Source of the DNA: Verrucomicrobiota bacterium
Lineage (GTDB): Bacteria; Verrucomicrobiota; Verrucomicrobiia; Limisphaerales; CANJXF01
DNA: 48,918 bases
Assembly: GCA_038214755.1 (NCBI GenBank)
Contig: JBBQRQ010000030.1
Span: 1-48,918 of the forward strand
Direction: 5' to 3'
The position numbers and the translations under genes were made by a program. This document shows, piece by piece, positions 1 to 8,174 of the stretch (position 1 is the first letter of the stretch; each line of letters begins with the position of its first letter). The notes below the pieces were generated by a model. The model made no database searches, was not told the DNA's origin, and worked only from the letters and a program-made list of their open reading frames with translations.

Positions 1-99
1 GCCCTCACTGCGGTCATGCGCAAACTCCTCCTCCAAATGAATCGCCTCCTCAAAGAACACGCCCTCCATTGCCAAAAAACCAAAATCCAACCCGCTTAA
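1..99 (+). CDS. C-terminal fragment of an IS110-family transposase/recombinase (runs off the left edge)
   Basis: Frame 1 reads ALTAVMRKLLLQMNRLLKEHALHCQKTKIQPA*. ALTAVMRKLL matches the typical IS110 C-terminal AxxAxxRKL motif. Not in the ORF track. Confidence 0.75.
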   Translation, partial: ALTAVMRKLLLQMNRLLKEHALHCQKTKIQPA

Positions 100-126
100 T
101 TTCCTTTGCTTTTGAACACCGTTGCT
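1..126 (+). mobile_element. Right end of an IS110-family element, ending in a CT core
   Basis: The transposase stop at 99 is followed by TTGCTT (106-111, -35-like) and AACACCGTTGCT. The sequence then switches abruptly into half of a palindromic repeat at 127. Confidence 0.6.
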
Positions 127-155
127 CCTCGGGGGAGAGGGTTAGGGTGAGGGCG
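125..155. repeat. Truncated CCCTCTCC-N5-GGAGAGGG-TTAGGGTGAGGG REP-like repeat (probable IS target)
   Basis: CT-CCTCGGGGGAGAGGGTTAGGGTGAGGGCG lacks the 5' CCCT needed to complete the hairpin with GGAGAGGG. Confidence 0.65.
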
Positions 156-184
156 AACAACCTTCTCCACTGAATAATTACGGC

Positions 185-421
185 TTAAGCCGCGACTGAC
201 AGTTCTTCGATTCGGGCAATGTGAAGCAAAGAAATGTGCTCGGTGCGATCCATGATTTTTATGTCTTCTGAGATGGGAACGGCGAGTTCCAATCGCGACC
301 GAAACACCCAAAGGAAATCGGGATGTTTTACTTCAAAACTTTGTCCGTTACTGAGATGAATCCGAAATGGCACAAACGGGCTGCGGTCTAGAAGCCTCAT
401 GATGTTCTGGGGCAAAATCAT
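185..421 (-). CDS. Small hypothetical protein (PFxPF..HPD family), 78 aa
   Basis: ATG at 421. LLDRSPFVPFRIHLSNGQSFEVKHPDF is clearly paralogous to 14098..14328. Confidence 0.75.
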   Translation of the reverse strand: MILPQNIMRLLDRSPFVPFRIHLSNGQSFEVKHPDFLWVFRSRLELAVPISEDIKIMDRTEHISLLHIARIEELSVAA

Positions 422-431
422 TTTGGTAAAA

Positions 432-3400
432 CTAGGGCAAAGAATCGGAAAACTCAAGAGAGGTTTGGGTGAGAATTGGATGTTTGTCTGGAGGATTGAT
501 GCCGATGCTGGGTGATTTCACTTTTTGAATTGCGCGCCAAATCGCTTCGCACGTGGCAGGTGAGGCCAGTTCAACTTCGCTCGGTTTATTTCCAAATGCC
601 GCCACTGCATCGCGAATCGCTTCCCGCAAGGAAATCGCCAGCATCAGCGGAGGTTCGCCGACGGCTTTGCTGCCATGAATCACATTTTTCTGCGTCGCGT
701 TTTTGAGCAGTGTCACGTTGAAAATCTGGGGCGTATCGCCGACGGAGGGAATTTTGTAAGTGTCGGGCGAGTGCGTGAGCAGGCGGCCTTTGTCGTCCCA
801 CTTTAATTCTTCCGTCGTCAACCAGCCCATGCCTTGCACGAAGCCGCCTTCGACCTGCCCGCGATTCACGCCTTCGTTGATCGAGTCGCCCACGTCGTGC
901 AAAATATCCACGCGCAATACGCGGTGCATTCCAGTGAAGCCGTCCACCTCCACCTCCGTCACCGCAGCGCCGTTGGAAAAATAATGAAACGGCTTGCCGC
1001 GTCCCGCATTTCGATCCCAATGAATTCCGGGCGTTGCGTAAAAACCTGTCGCGGACAAACTCGCGCGTTCCAAATAAGCTTTGCGAACGACATCAACGAA
1101 ACTGACTTTTGAATTTGGATTGCGGCGATCAAAAACAAATCCTTCTGCGAAAACTAAATGTTTTTCGCCAGCTTTGTGTTCTTTGTCGCGCATTTCTGCG
1201 GTTCGTTTGTCGTCAGGTGAACTAGCTCTCGTGATGTCCGGTTCGGATGGAGTTTTGGTTTTTGCGGTGAGCAAACTCAGCGCAATCGGCGCAAGCCGCG
1301 TTCGCAAAATCTCGCACGCATTTTTCACGGCTGCGCCATTCAAGTCTGTTCCTGCGGAAGCAGCCGTCGCAGAAGTGTTCGGCACTTTATCGGTGCTGGT
1401 CGGCATCACACGAATTTGCTCGCGGCTGATTCCGAGTTCGTTGGCCGCAATCATCGCGACGTTCGTGTGCAACCCCTGGCCCATTTCTGTTCCGCCGTGA
1501 TTCAATTGCACCGTGCCGTCCTGATAAATCAAAACGAACGAGCCAGCCTGGTTCAGATGCGTGACGGTAAATGAAATTCCAAACTTCACCGGCGTAATGG
1601 CGATGCCGCGTTTGCAATGCGGGTTTTGCTCGTTCCAAATTCTTATTTCTTTGCGACGCGCCTCAAGCTCAGACGATTTTTTCAACTCCTGCCAAATCGT
1701 CTGAATTCGATTGTCCTCAATGCGCTGCCCGTAATGCGTCGTATTCGTCTCACCCGTCCCATGATAAAGATTTCTCTCCCGCACCAACTCCGGCAACAGC
1801 CCAAGCCGCCGCGCGATGCGGTCCAAAATTTCCTCGATGACCAACATTCCTTGCGGCCCGCCGAATCCGCGGAACGCCGTGTTCGAAGAGAGATTTGTTT
1901 TCGCAACCTGCCCGCGAAATTCCACCGACGGAATGTAGTAACAGTTGTCGAGATGAAACAGCGCGCGGTCAGTCACAGCCTGCGACAAGTCGAGCGACCA
2001 GCCGCCATTTGACCAGAGATGAATTTGGGCCGCGCGCAATAAACCGTTTTCGTCGAAACCAACTTTGAACTTTGCAAAAAACGGATGGCGATGGCCGGTG
2101 ATGGCCATGTCCTGATCGCGATTGAAACGGACGCGAACCGGTTTGCCCGTGTGATGCGACGCGAGCGCGGCGAGGGCAGCGGGGATCGCCGCTTGAGTTT
2201 CTTTGCCGCCGAAGCCGCCACCCATGCGCGGACATTGGACCACGACCTTGTTGATCGGCTGATGCAAAACGTGCGCGACAACGGTCTGCACTTCGGACGG
2301 ATGTTGCGTCGATGAAACGACAAACATCGATCCGTCCTCACCTCGCTCAGCCCACGCCGCATTTGTTTCGAGATAAAAATGTTCCTGTCCGCCCAGTTCG
2401 AATTCGCCTTCGAGCGACAGCGGGGCATCGCTCAATCCGCGCTCGATGTCGCCGCGACGTATAAAGTTCGATTCATTGTGAAAACTTTTTTCCGCAAGCG
2501 CTTGCTTGAGCGTGAGAATTGGCGCAAGCGGTTCGTATTCGACGAGGACTTTCGCGGCCGCCGCGCGACACGCTTCCTGAGTTTCACCGACGATGAGGGC
2601 GACGATTTGTTCGTGAAATAAAACTTCTTTGTCAGCGAAGAGCGGCTCGTCGTTCTTCGTCCCGGTGTCGTTATGTCCGGGAACATCTTCGGCCATGAGC
2701 ACGGCTTTGATGCCGGACATTTTTCGCGCGGCCGTCGCATCGCGTTTCAAAATTTTCGCGCGCGCGTGCGGCGAACAAACCGGCCAGACTTCAAGCATCG
2801 GACGGAGCGGAGTTTGATCGTCCGCGTAAATCGCTTCGCCCGTGACATGTTTGTGCGCGCTTTCGTGCGCAGGAGCGCGGACATCCTTGTCCGCGAGTTG
2901 CATTTTCAGCGGCATGTTCGCGCGGACAATGCTGTCCGCGCTCCGGTCATGGTGGAAAAATTTCTCCAGCAAACTCGTTATCAGCCCGCGCCGAAACTCC
3001 GCGTCGCCGCGCACGTCCGAAATGGGAGTGAATTCTTCCCGCAAAATTAGAAGCGCGGATTGAATCGTCTCTTCACTCCAAGTTTTCCCGAGCAGCGCAG
3101 CCTCAGTCTTGAGCGCGCGCGATGACATTGCCGCAACACCGCCGTAAGCCAGTCGCGCGTGACGGACAATTCCGCTTCCATCCAGATCAATAACGAAACA
3201 CGCGGCGACGGTGCTGATGTCCATCTCGCGCCGCTTTGAAACTTTGAACCACGCGGATTTGCGGGTGAGATTCGGCGCGGAAACTTTTCGCGGGACGATG
3301 ATGGTTTTCAAAACTTCGCCCGGTTGTAGCGCCGTCTTGCGATACGAAATGAAGAATTGCTCAATCGGCAAAGTCCGCTCGGAAAGTAGGGCAGGCGTCT

Positions 3401-4505
3401 CGCCTGCCTGCGCCGACGAAGATATTTCAGTGAACTGCTCGCGCTGACGCGCTCGATGGGCAGGCGAGACGCCTGCCCTACTTTGCGACGCGATGACAAT
3501 TTTCGCATCGAAGGCGAGCAACACCAACGCGCTGTCCCCGATGGGCGAGGCGGTCACGATGTTGCCGCCCATCGTCGCGCGATTGCGAATCTGGCGAGAG
3601 CCAAAGACGCGCAGCATATCGCCAAGCGCGTGAAATTCTTGTGCAACCGTTTCCTCAATCTCCGTCAACGTGGCTGCCGCGCCGATGTGCCATTCCGAAT
3701 CCGTCTTTTTGATCTCCTTCAACTCCGACACAGCTTCGACGGAAATCAGCGCAGCAAATTTTTTGTAACGCTTCGTGATGTCGAGTCCCAGTTCCGTCGC
3801 GCCGGCGATCATTCGCGCTTCGGGATTCTCTTTCAACAAACGAAGAAGTTCTGGCAGCGAGGCAGGTCGGAAAAATTTTTCGTTCTCAGTTTGGTATTCC
3901 ATTGCGCCGAGTTCGGTTTCGGTTTTTTTCAAACGCTCGGCGAAAATATCATCGTAGGAGACGACGTGAGGAGACTCTGAATTGTTTTCAGTTTGAGTCT
4001 CATTACCTCGTCTCCTACGAAGTGAAAACGCCTCCATCGCCGCGTCGCGAATCGGACGATAGCCAGTGCAGCGACAGAGATTTCCGGAAAGCTGGTCGTC
4101 AAGTTTGTCGTGCGTATCAATGTCGTCGCGATAGTAGCCCTCGAACATCGAGCAGATGAAACCAGGCGTGCAGTAACCGCATTGCGAGCCGAAATGCTCG
4201 ACCATCTTTCGCTGCACGGGATGCATGTTGGCGGAACAGCCGACGCCTTCGACTGAAATAATTTCGCGCCCGGCGAGCAGACAAATCGGAACGAGACAGG
4301 AATTTATCGCGCGGTAGCAGACCTTGCCGTGTGCATCGCGATCAACGATGGCGACCGAGCACGCGCCGCAATCGCCTTCCGCGCAGCCTTCCTTCGAGCC
4401 GGTGAGGCCGATGCCGCGCAGATATTCGAGCAGGGTGGTGTTTGGAGAAATATTTTCTGGCCGGACGTGACGGCCATTCAAAGTGAACTCAAACGCAGCG
4501 GCCAT
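432..4505 (-). CDS. xdhB: Xanthine dehydrogenase, single-chain XdhA (2Fe-2S/FAD)-XdhB (molybdopterin) fusion
   Basis: Fe-S motifs GCAEGDCGAC, QCGYCTPG and GNLCRCTGYRPI; FAD motifs IAGATELGL and QIRNRATMGGN; Moco-domain motifs RMGGGFGGKE, AFRGFGGPQG and SKAVGEPP. Confidence 0.95.
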   Translation of the reverse strand: MAAAFEFTLNGRHVRPENISPNTTLLEYLRGIGLTGSKEGCAEGDCGACSVAIVDRDAHGKVCYRAINSCLVPICLLAGREIISVEGVGCSANMHPVQRKMVEHFGSQCGYCTPGFICSMFEGYYRDDIDTHDKLDDQLSGNLCRCTGYRPIRDAAMEAFSLRRRRGNETQTENNSESPHVVSYDDIFAERLKKTETELGAMEYQTENEKFFRPASLPELLRLLKENPEARMIAGATELGLDITKRYKKFAALISVEAVSELKEIKKTDSEWHIGAAATLTEIEETVAQEFHALGDMLRVFGSRQIRNRATMGGNIVTASPIGDSALVLLAFDAKIVIASQSRAGVSPAHRARQREQFTEISSSAQAGETPALLSERTLPIEQFFISYRKTALQPGEVLKTIIVPRKVSAPNLTRKSAWFKVSKRREMDISTVAACFVIDLDGSGIVRHARLAYGGVAAMSSRALKTEAALLGKTWSEETIQSALLILREEFTPISDVRGDAEFRRGLITSLLEKFFHHDRSADSIVRANMPLKMQLADKDVRAPAHESAHKHVTGEAIYADDQTPLRPMLEVWPVCSPHARAKILKRDATAARKMSGIKAVLMAEDVPGHNDTGTKNDEPLFADKEVLFHEQIVALIVGETQEACRAAAAKVLVEYEPLAPILTLKQALAEKSFHNESNFIRRGDIERGLSDAPLSLEGEFELGGQEHFYLETNAAWAERGEDGSMFVVSSTQHPSEVQTVVAHVLHQPINKVVVQCPRMGGGFGGKETQAAIPAALAALASHHTGKPVRVRFNRDQDMAITGHRHPFFAKFKVGFDENGLLRAAQIHLWSNGGWSLDLSQAVTDRALFHLDNCYYIPSVEFRGQVAKTNLSSNTAFRGFGGPQGMLVIEEILDRIARRLGLLPELVRERNLYHGTGETNTTHYGQRIEDNRIQTIWQELKKSSELEARRKEIRIWNEQNPHCKRGIAITPVKFGISFTVTHLNQAGSFVLIYQDGTVQLNHGGTEMGQGLHTNVAMIAANELGISREQIRVMPTSTDKVPNTSATAASAGTDLNGAAVKNACEILRTRLAPIALSLLTAKTKTPSEPDITRASSPDDKRTAEMRDKEHKAGEKHLVFAEGFVFDRRNPNSKVSFVDVVRKAYLERASLSATGFYATPGIHWDRNAGRGKPFHYFSNGAAVTEVEVDGFTGMHRVLRVDILHDVGDSINEGVNRGQVEGGFVQGMGWLTTEELKWDDKGRLLTHSPDTYKIPSVGDTPQIFNVTLLKNATQKNVIHGSKAVGEPPLMLAISLREAIRDAVAAFGNKPSEVELASPATCEAIWRAIQKVKSPSIGINPPDKHPILTQTSLEFSDSLP
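2872..2944. repeat. REPIN-like inverted doublet (GGAG type), in frame in the XdhA-XdhB linker
   Basis: Arms GGAGCGCGGACATCCTTGTCCGCG (2872-2895) and CGCGGACAATGCTGTCCGCGCTCC (2921-2944) are 22/24 complementary. Confidence 0.85.
3383..3484. repeat. REPIN-like inverted doublet (GTAG type), in frame in the XDH FAD domain
   Basis: Perfect 26-bp inverted arms AAAGTAGGGCAGGCGTCTCGCCTGCC (3383-3408 / 3459-3484). Confidence 0.9.
3952..4020. repeat. REPIN-like inverted doublet (GTAG type), in frame in the XDH FeS-FAD linker
   Basis: Arms TCGTAGGAGACGACGTGAGGAGACTC (3952-3977) and 3995-4020 are 23/26 complementary. Confidence 0.85.
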
Positions 4506-4617
4506 AATTATTTAAAGCGTAGCCAAAAAACGATGGGCGACAAGAATTCGTCTGTGAAATTAACCGCAAGCATATGACCTAATCAGAAAAGCGGCCAGTG
4601 CTTCACGAAAATTGAAC

Positions 4618-4646
4618 TTGAAATGTGTGCCTTGTCGGCACACATT
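4618..4646 (+). promoter_or_regulatory. Putative antitoxin promoter overlapped by a palindromic operator
   Basis: Perfect 10-bp inverted repeat AATGTGTGCC-N5-GGCACACATT (4622-4646) overlaps TTGAAA-N17-CACATT and ends 6 nt before the ATG at 4653. Confidence 0.55.
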
Positions 4647-4652
4647 ACGCCC

Positions 4653-4943
4653 ATGCCAGTTTTAACTAAAGAACGTCGGGGAGAACGTTTGGTCGCCCGC
4701 GTCAGCGGGACGGACAAACAGTTGTTCCAACGCGCTGCCGCTCTCGAAGGGCGCTCCGTTGCCACCTTTGTCATCACTCACGCCCGGGAAATGGCGCGAC
4801 GACTTGTTGCTGACCAAGAGACCATCGAACTCGACGCCATTCAGTCGCGCCGATTTGTAGCCGCGTTGCTGAATTCCACACCGTCCGTTCCAGCCCGCGT
4901 GAAAAAGGCTGTCGCCAACTACCGGCAGCGCGTGGCGGCCTGA
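4653..4943 (+). CDS. DUF1778 (TacA/AtaR-like) ribbon-helix-helix antitoxin
   Basis: RGERLVARVSGTDKQLFQRAAALEGRSVATFV...IELDAIQSRRFVAALLN fits the DUF1778 pattern. It lies next to a GNAT toxin. Confidence 0.9.
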   Translation: MPVLTKERRGERLVARVSGTDKQLFQRAAALEGRSVATFVITHAREMARRLVADQETIELDAIQSRRFVAALLNSTPSVPARVKKAVANYRQRVAA

Positions 4944-4944
4944 A

Positions 4945-5478
4945 TCAGTCGTCTTTTTTCTCCAGCCCGATCCATTCTGGAACAGCCTCCATTGGCAGAA
5001 ACATTTTCTGTCCGTCCAGTGGATGAAAACCAAACGCGCCGTAAAACTTCGCGGCGTGCTCATGTTTGGGATCTACAACGACAGCGACAGAGCCAATGAT
5101 GGAACTGCTTTCATAAGCGCGCTTGAGCGCATCCACCATTAGGAGTTCGCCGATGCCCTGGCTCTTGAAGGTAGAGGCGCGGGCAAGCCGTCCCAACAAT
5201 GTGGCAGGCAGGCGTGGATAACGCGGCAATTTTTTGGTGAGTTCAGCGGGCAGTTTTTCAAGTTCGATGGACGTGGCGGAAAGCGTGTAATAGCCGGCGA
5301 TCTGGCCGGAATCAGCCAACGGCACAAGAACGAAACAAGCCGACGCCCGCGACTTGGCCTCCTTCCGCGCGCGCGTCCGAAGGAAATCGATCAACTCTGG
5401 CGATTCACAAGAAAACTCTTCCCTGCGGTGAACGGCAGGATTGAGAATTTCAAATTTGAACTGTGGGGTCGCTGGCAT
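4945..5478 (-). CDS. GNAT acetyltransferase toxin (TacT/AtaT-like)
   Basis: Motifs FSCESPEL, IAGYYTLS, LPRYPRLPATLLGRLAR, QGIGELLMVDAL and AAKFYGAFGF. Confidence 0.9.
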   Translation of the reverse strand: MPATPQFKFEILNPAVHRREEFSCESPELIDFLRTRARKEAKSRASACFVLVPLADSGQIAGYYTLSATSIELEKLPAELTKKLPRYPRLPATLLGRLARASTFKSQGIGELLMVDALKRAYESSSIIGSVAVVVDPKHEHAAKFYGAFGFHPLDGQKMFLPMEAVPEWIGLEKKDD

Positions 5479-5506
5479 TCAGGCAAAATATGGGTGGTTG
5501 AATTTC

Positions 5507-7105
5507 TCAATCAATCAACGCATACGCGGGCAACGTCAAAAACTCCGCAAACTCCGCGCTCTTGGACATTTCGCTGAACAGCTTCGCGGCGCGGGCGTAC
5601 TTTCCGGCGCTGAACCGCGCACTGCCGACTTCTTTTTCAATGCGCGCCATTTCCTGCGGGAGAACTTCGTCGTAGAGTTGCGTCGTGATTTTTCGGCCGT
5701 CGGCCATCGTCGCGCCATGTCGCAGCCATTGCCAGATTTGCGCGCGGGAAATTTCGGCGGTGGCGGCGTCTTCCATCAGATTGTAAAGCGGCACGCAGCC
5801 GTTGCCGCCGAGCCACGCTTCGAGATATTGCACGCCGACGCGGATGTTTCCGCGGAGGCCGTCCTCGGTGATCGTGCCGGTGGGAACGGCGAGAATTTCC
5901 GCCGCCGTCACGTTCACGTCTTCGCGCTGTTTGGAAATCTGATTCGCCTGCGGCATGTGTTTGTCGAACGCTTTGAGCGCGATTGGCACGAGGCCGGGAT
6001 GCGCGACCCATGTGCCGTCATGTCCGTCGGTGGCTTCGCGTTCCTTGTCGGCGAGAACTTTCGCGAGCGCCTCATCGTTGGCTTGCGGGTTATTTTTGAT
6101 CGGAATCTGCGCGGCCATTCCGCCCATCGCGTGCGCACCCCGACGATGACAAATCTTTATCACGTGCAACGCGTAGGCGCGCATCATCGGTGACGTCATC
6201 GTCACTTGCGCGCGGTCGGGAAAAACGCAGTCCGGCTTGTTGCGAAATTTTTTGATGAAGCTGAAAATATAATCCCATCGCCCGCAATTGAGCCCCGCCG
6301 AATGTTCGCGCAGTTCGTAAAGAATTTCTTCGGCTTCGAACGTGGCGAGAATTGTCTCGATCAAAACGGTCGCGCGAATCGAGTCGCACGGAATTTTTAA
6401 TTCGTCCTGCGCGAAATTAAAAACGTCGTTCCAGAGCCGCGCCTCCAAATGGCTCTCCAGCTTCGGCAAATAAAAATACGGGCCGCTGCCGCGCGTCAAC
6501 AACTCGGCGGCGTTGTGGAAAAAATACAAACCGAAATCGAACAGGCTTCCTGAAATTGGTTTGCCATCGATCAGGACATGTTTCTCCGGCAAATGCCAAC
6601 CGCGCGGGCGCACCATGAGCGTCGCGGTTTTTTCGGCGAGCTTGTATTGCTTGCCTTCCGGACTCGCGAAAGAAATTGTGCGGCGCACCGCATCGCGGAG
6701 ATTCAACTGGCCTTCGATGAGATTTTTCCACGTCGGCGAGGTTGCGTCCTCGAAGTCGGCCATGAAAACTTTCGCGCCGGAATTGAGCGCGTTGATGACC
6801 ATCTTGCGGTCGCATGGCCCGGTGATTTCCGTGCGGCGATCCTGCAAGTCAGCGGGAATGGACGCAACCTTCCACGATCTGTCGTCGCGAATATTTTTCG
6901 TGGACGGGAGAAAATCGGGCATTGCGCCCGCATCAATTTCCTTCTGCCGTTCGAGACGCTTGGCCAAAAGCCTGGCACGCATCGGTTCAAATTCGCGGAC
7001 GAGTTTTTCCATGAAGCCAAGCGCTTCGGGCGTCAGGATTTCGGCCATTCGGCCTTCGACTCTTGCTTTTAATTCCACAGGTAAAATTATTTTTTTGTGC
7101 GCCAT
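5507..7105 (-). CDS. aceB: Malate synthase A
   Basis: Motifs [52 protein letters not shown] and FLTLPAY. Confidence 0.97.
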   Translation of the reverse strand: MAHKKIILPVELKARVEGRMAEILTPEALGFMEKLVREFEPMRARLLAKRLERQKEIDAGAMPDFLPSTKNIRDDRSWKVASIPADLQDRRTEITGPCDRKMVINALNSGAKVFMADFEDATSPTWKNLIEGQLNLRDAVRRTISFASPEGKQYKLAEKTATLMVRPRGWHLPEKHVLIDGKPISGSLFDFGLYFFHNAAELLTRGSGPYFYLPKLESHLEARLWNDVFNFAQDELKIPCDSIRATVLIETILATFEAEEILYELREHSAGLNCGRWDYIFSFIKKFRNKPDCVFPDRAQVTMTSPMMRAYALHVIKICHRRGAHAMGGMAAQIPIKNNPQANDEALAKVLADKEREATDGHDGTWVAHPGLVPIALKAFDKHMPQANQISKQREDVNVTAAEILAVPTGTITEDGLRGNIRVGVQYLEAWLGGNGCVPLYNLMEDAATAEISRAQIWQWLRHGATMADGRKITTQLYDEVLPQEMARIEKEVGSARFSAGKYARAAKLFSEMSKSAEFAEFLTLPAYALID

Positions 7106-8151
7106 TTGTTTTTCTTGGGAAAAGCGTCGTCGAGTTTCGGCATCGCGAGTTGATAAAATTCGTGGAGCTTGCGCTGAAGCAACTTTCGGTCGGGCAAAGC
7201 GGTTTGATACTCGGCAATCAACGCGGGCGACATGGATCGGCTCAGGGCGTATTCAACAACCTCATTGTCCTTGTTCGCACAGAGCAACACACCAATGGAC
7301 GGACGCTCATTTGGTTTACGCACATCGCGATCCAGCGCTTCCAGATAAAATTCCATTTTGCCCAAATGCTCCGGCTCGAATTTTCTGATCTTGAGATCGA
7401 ACGCGATCAGGCATTGAAGTCCGCGATGATAAAACAGCAGGTCGAGGGCGAAATCCTGATTGCCGACTTGCAGGCGCAATTCCTGCCCGGCAAAACAAAA
7501 ATCGGGGCCAAGTTCGATCAGGAATCTTTTGAGGTTGGCCACCAGCGCGCGCTCAAGTTGTCGCTCGGAATGTTTTTTGGGCAGGTCCAGGAAATCGAAC
7601 AGGTAGGCATCCTTGAAGATGGTTTCTGCCGCCGGATGCAATTCTCTCAACACTGTCGAGACTTTTGGCGGATGGAGAATCGCGCGCTCGAAAAGGCAAG
7701 CGTCCATCTCGCGTTCAAGCTGCCGGAAAGAGAAGTGGCTCGTGGTCGCCAAACGCAAATAAAATTCTCGCGCCTCGGGAAACTTGCAGCGGCTGAAGAT
7801 GAGCAAATTGTGCGACCAGCTCAATTGTCTCAACAGTGTCGAGACTTTTGTATCGCGCCGATATGTGTCGTAAAATAGCCGCATCCGAAACAGGTTTGGC
7901 CGGGCGAATCCTTTGAAGTCCGGGTGATGACGTTTGATGTAGTGCGCCAGTTCATCCACCACGCCTTCCCCCCATGCAGCGGTTTCCAGTTTACGGCTGA
8001 TGTATTGGCCGACGCTCCAGTACAGATCAATCAACTCTGTATTGACGGACTGAAACGCCCGGTGCCGGGCGGCGGTGATCAGGCCGATGATTTCGCGGAA
8101 CGCCGGTTCATGACGGGCGGCAACCCGGTGTTTGCGTTTGGCGATTTTCAT
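7087..8151 (-). CDS. yhcG: YhcG/DUF1016 PD-(D/E)XK nuclease-like protein
   Basis: Motifs [47 protein letters not shown] and PSIGVLLC. Confidence 0.9.
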   Translation of the reverse strand: MKIAKRKHRVAARHEPAFREIIGLITAARHRAFQSVNTELIDLYWSVGQYISRKLETAAWGEGVVDELAHYIKRHHPDFKGFARPNLFRMRLFYDTYRRDTKVSTLLRQLSWSHNLLIFSRCKFPEAREFYLRLATTSHFSFRQLEREMDACLFERAILHPPKVSTVLRELHPAAETIFKDAYLFDFLDLPKKHSERQLERALVANLKRFLIELGPDFCFAGQELRLQVGNQDFALDLLFYHRGLQCLIAFDLKIRKFEPEHLGKMEFYLEALDRDVRKPNERPSIGVLLCANKDNEVVEYALSRSMSPALIAEYQTALPDRKLLQRKLHEFYQLAMPKLDDAFPKKNKWRTKK

Positions 8152-8174
8152 CGTTGGAAGAAAGTTTTTTCCGG

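Noticed and set aside
1150..1275. Charged extra segment in XdhB (TAKTKTPSEPDITRASSPDDKRTAEMRDKEHKAGEK) as a fourth repeat insertion
   Set aside because: It looks like an insertion, but I see no inverted arms or GTAG head.
7640..7855. Direct repeat in yhcG (KVSTLLRQL / KVSTVLREL)
   Set aside because: Only two copies, both coding. This is a protein-level internal repeat, not a CRISPR or att site.
5441..7878. Long plus-strand ORFs opposite aceB and yhcG
   Set aside because: Antisense shadows of well-supported genes, with no recognisable motifs.
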